A DNA stretch of 63,526 bases, counting the filler, from Octopus bimaculoides (Eukaryota), in assembly GCF_001194135.2 (NCBI RefSeq). It is 10 parts of 9 records of this genome, joined end to end, with 100 filler letters (N's around TTAATTAATTAA, not from the genome) between each part and the next. Parts side by side here need not be neighbours in the genome. Positions count along the whole stretch, not along the records: positions 62,330 to 63,526 come from NC_069004.1; 9 more parts are not named here. One strand, given 5' to 3'. The position numbers and the translations under genes are program-made. The notes below the pieces were generated by a model. The model made no database searches. It worked only from the letters and a program-made list of their open reading frames with translations, and was not told where the DNA came from. Positions within the stretch are counted from its first letter, which is position 1. Every line of letters begins with the position of its first letter. Of the stretch, positions 63,485-63,526 are shown in pieces.

Positions 63485-63526
63485 GGTAATGACGTGGAAA
63501 ATAAATATAATAAATGCAATTAATTG

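Overview
Repeat-saturated, AT-rich animal genomic DNA with many N gaps. The SINE families and microsatellite style suggest an octopus or other coleoid cephalopod (inference from recalled repeat families). Most ORF-track entries are microsatellite or N-gap artefacts. Host genes: (1) the last two coding exons of an otoferlin (ferlin family) gene on the minus strand (19405-19505 and 17550-17730); (2) a candidate plus-strand promoter and non-coding first exon near 34.0-34.2 kb, and a well-bounded coding exon of an unidentified protein (38269-38461). Mobile DNA: several tRNA-derived SINE families, RTE LINE fragments, a HERO/R2-type REL-endonuclease LINE, a hAT transposase pseudogene, a mariner bounded by both TIRs, an internally deleted Tc1/mariner, a non-autonomous Helitron, several MITEs, a probable solo LTR and three Penelope-like (PLE) ORF remnants. 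Most interesting signal: three unrelated families of minimal type I hammerhead-ribozyme motifs. One is a tRNA/Pol III head fused to a tandem ~215-nt ribozyme-bearing unit (57904-58393), in which the two mutated helix-III strands are exactly complementary to each other. Nine TTAATTAATTAA spacers inside ~100-bp N gaps mark scaffold joins, so long-range order is not fully reliable.
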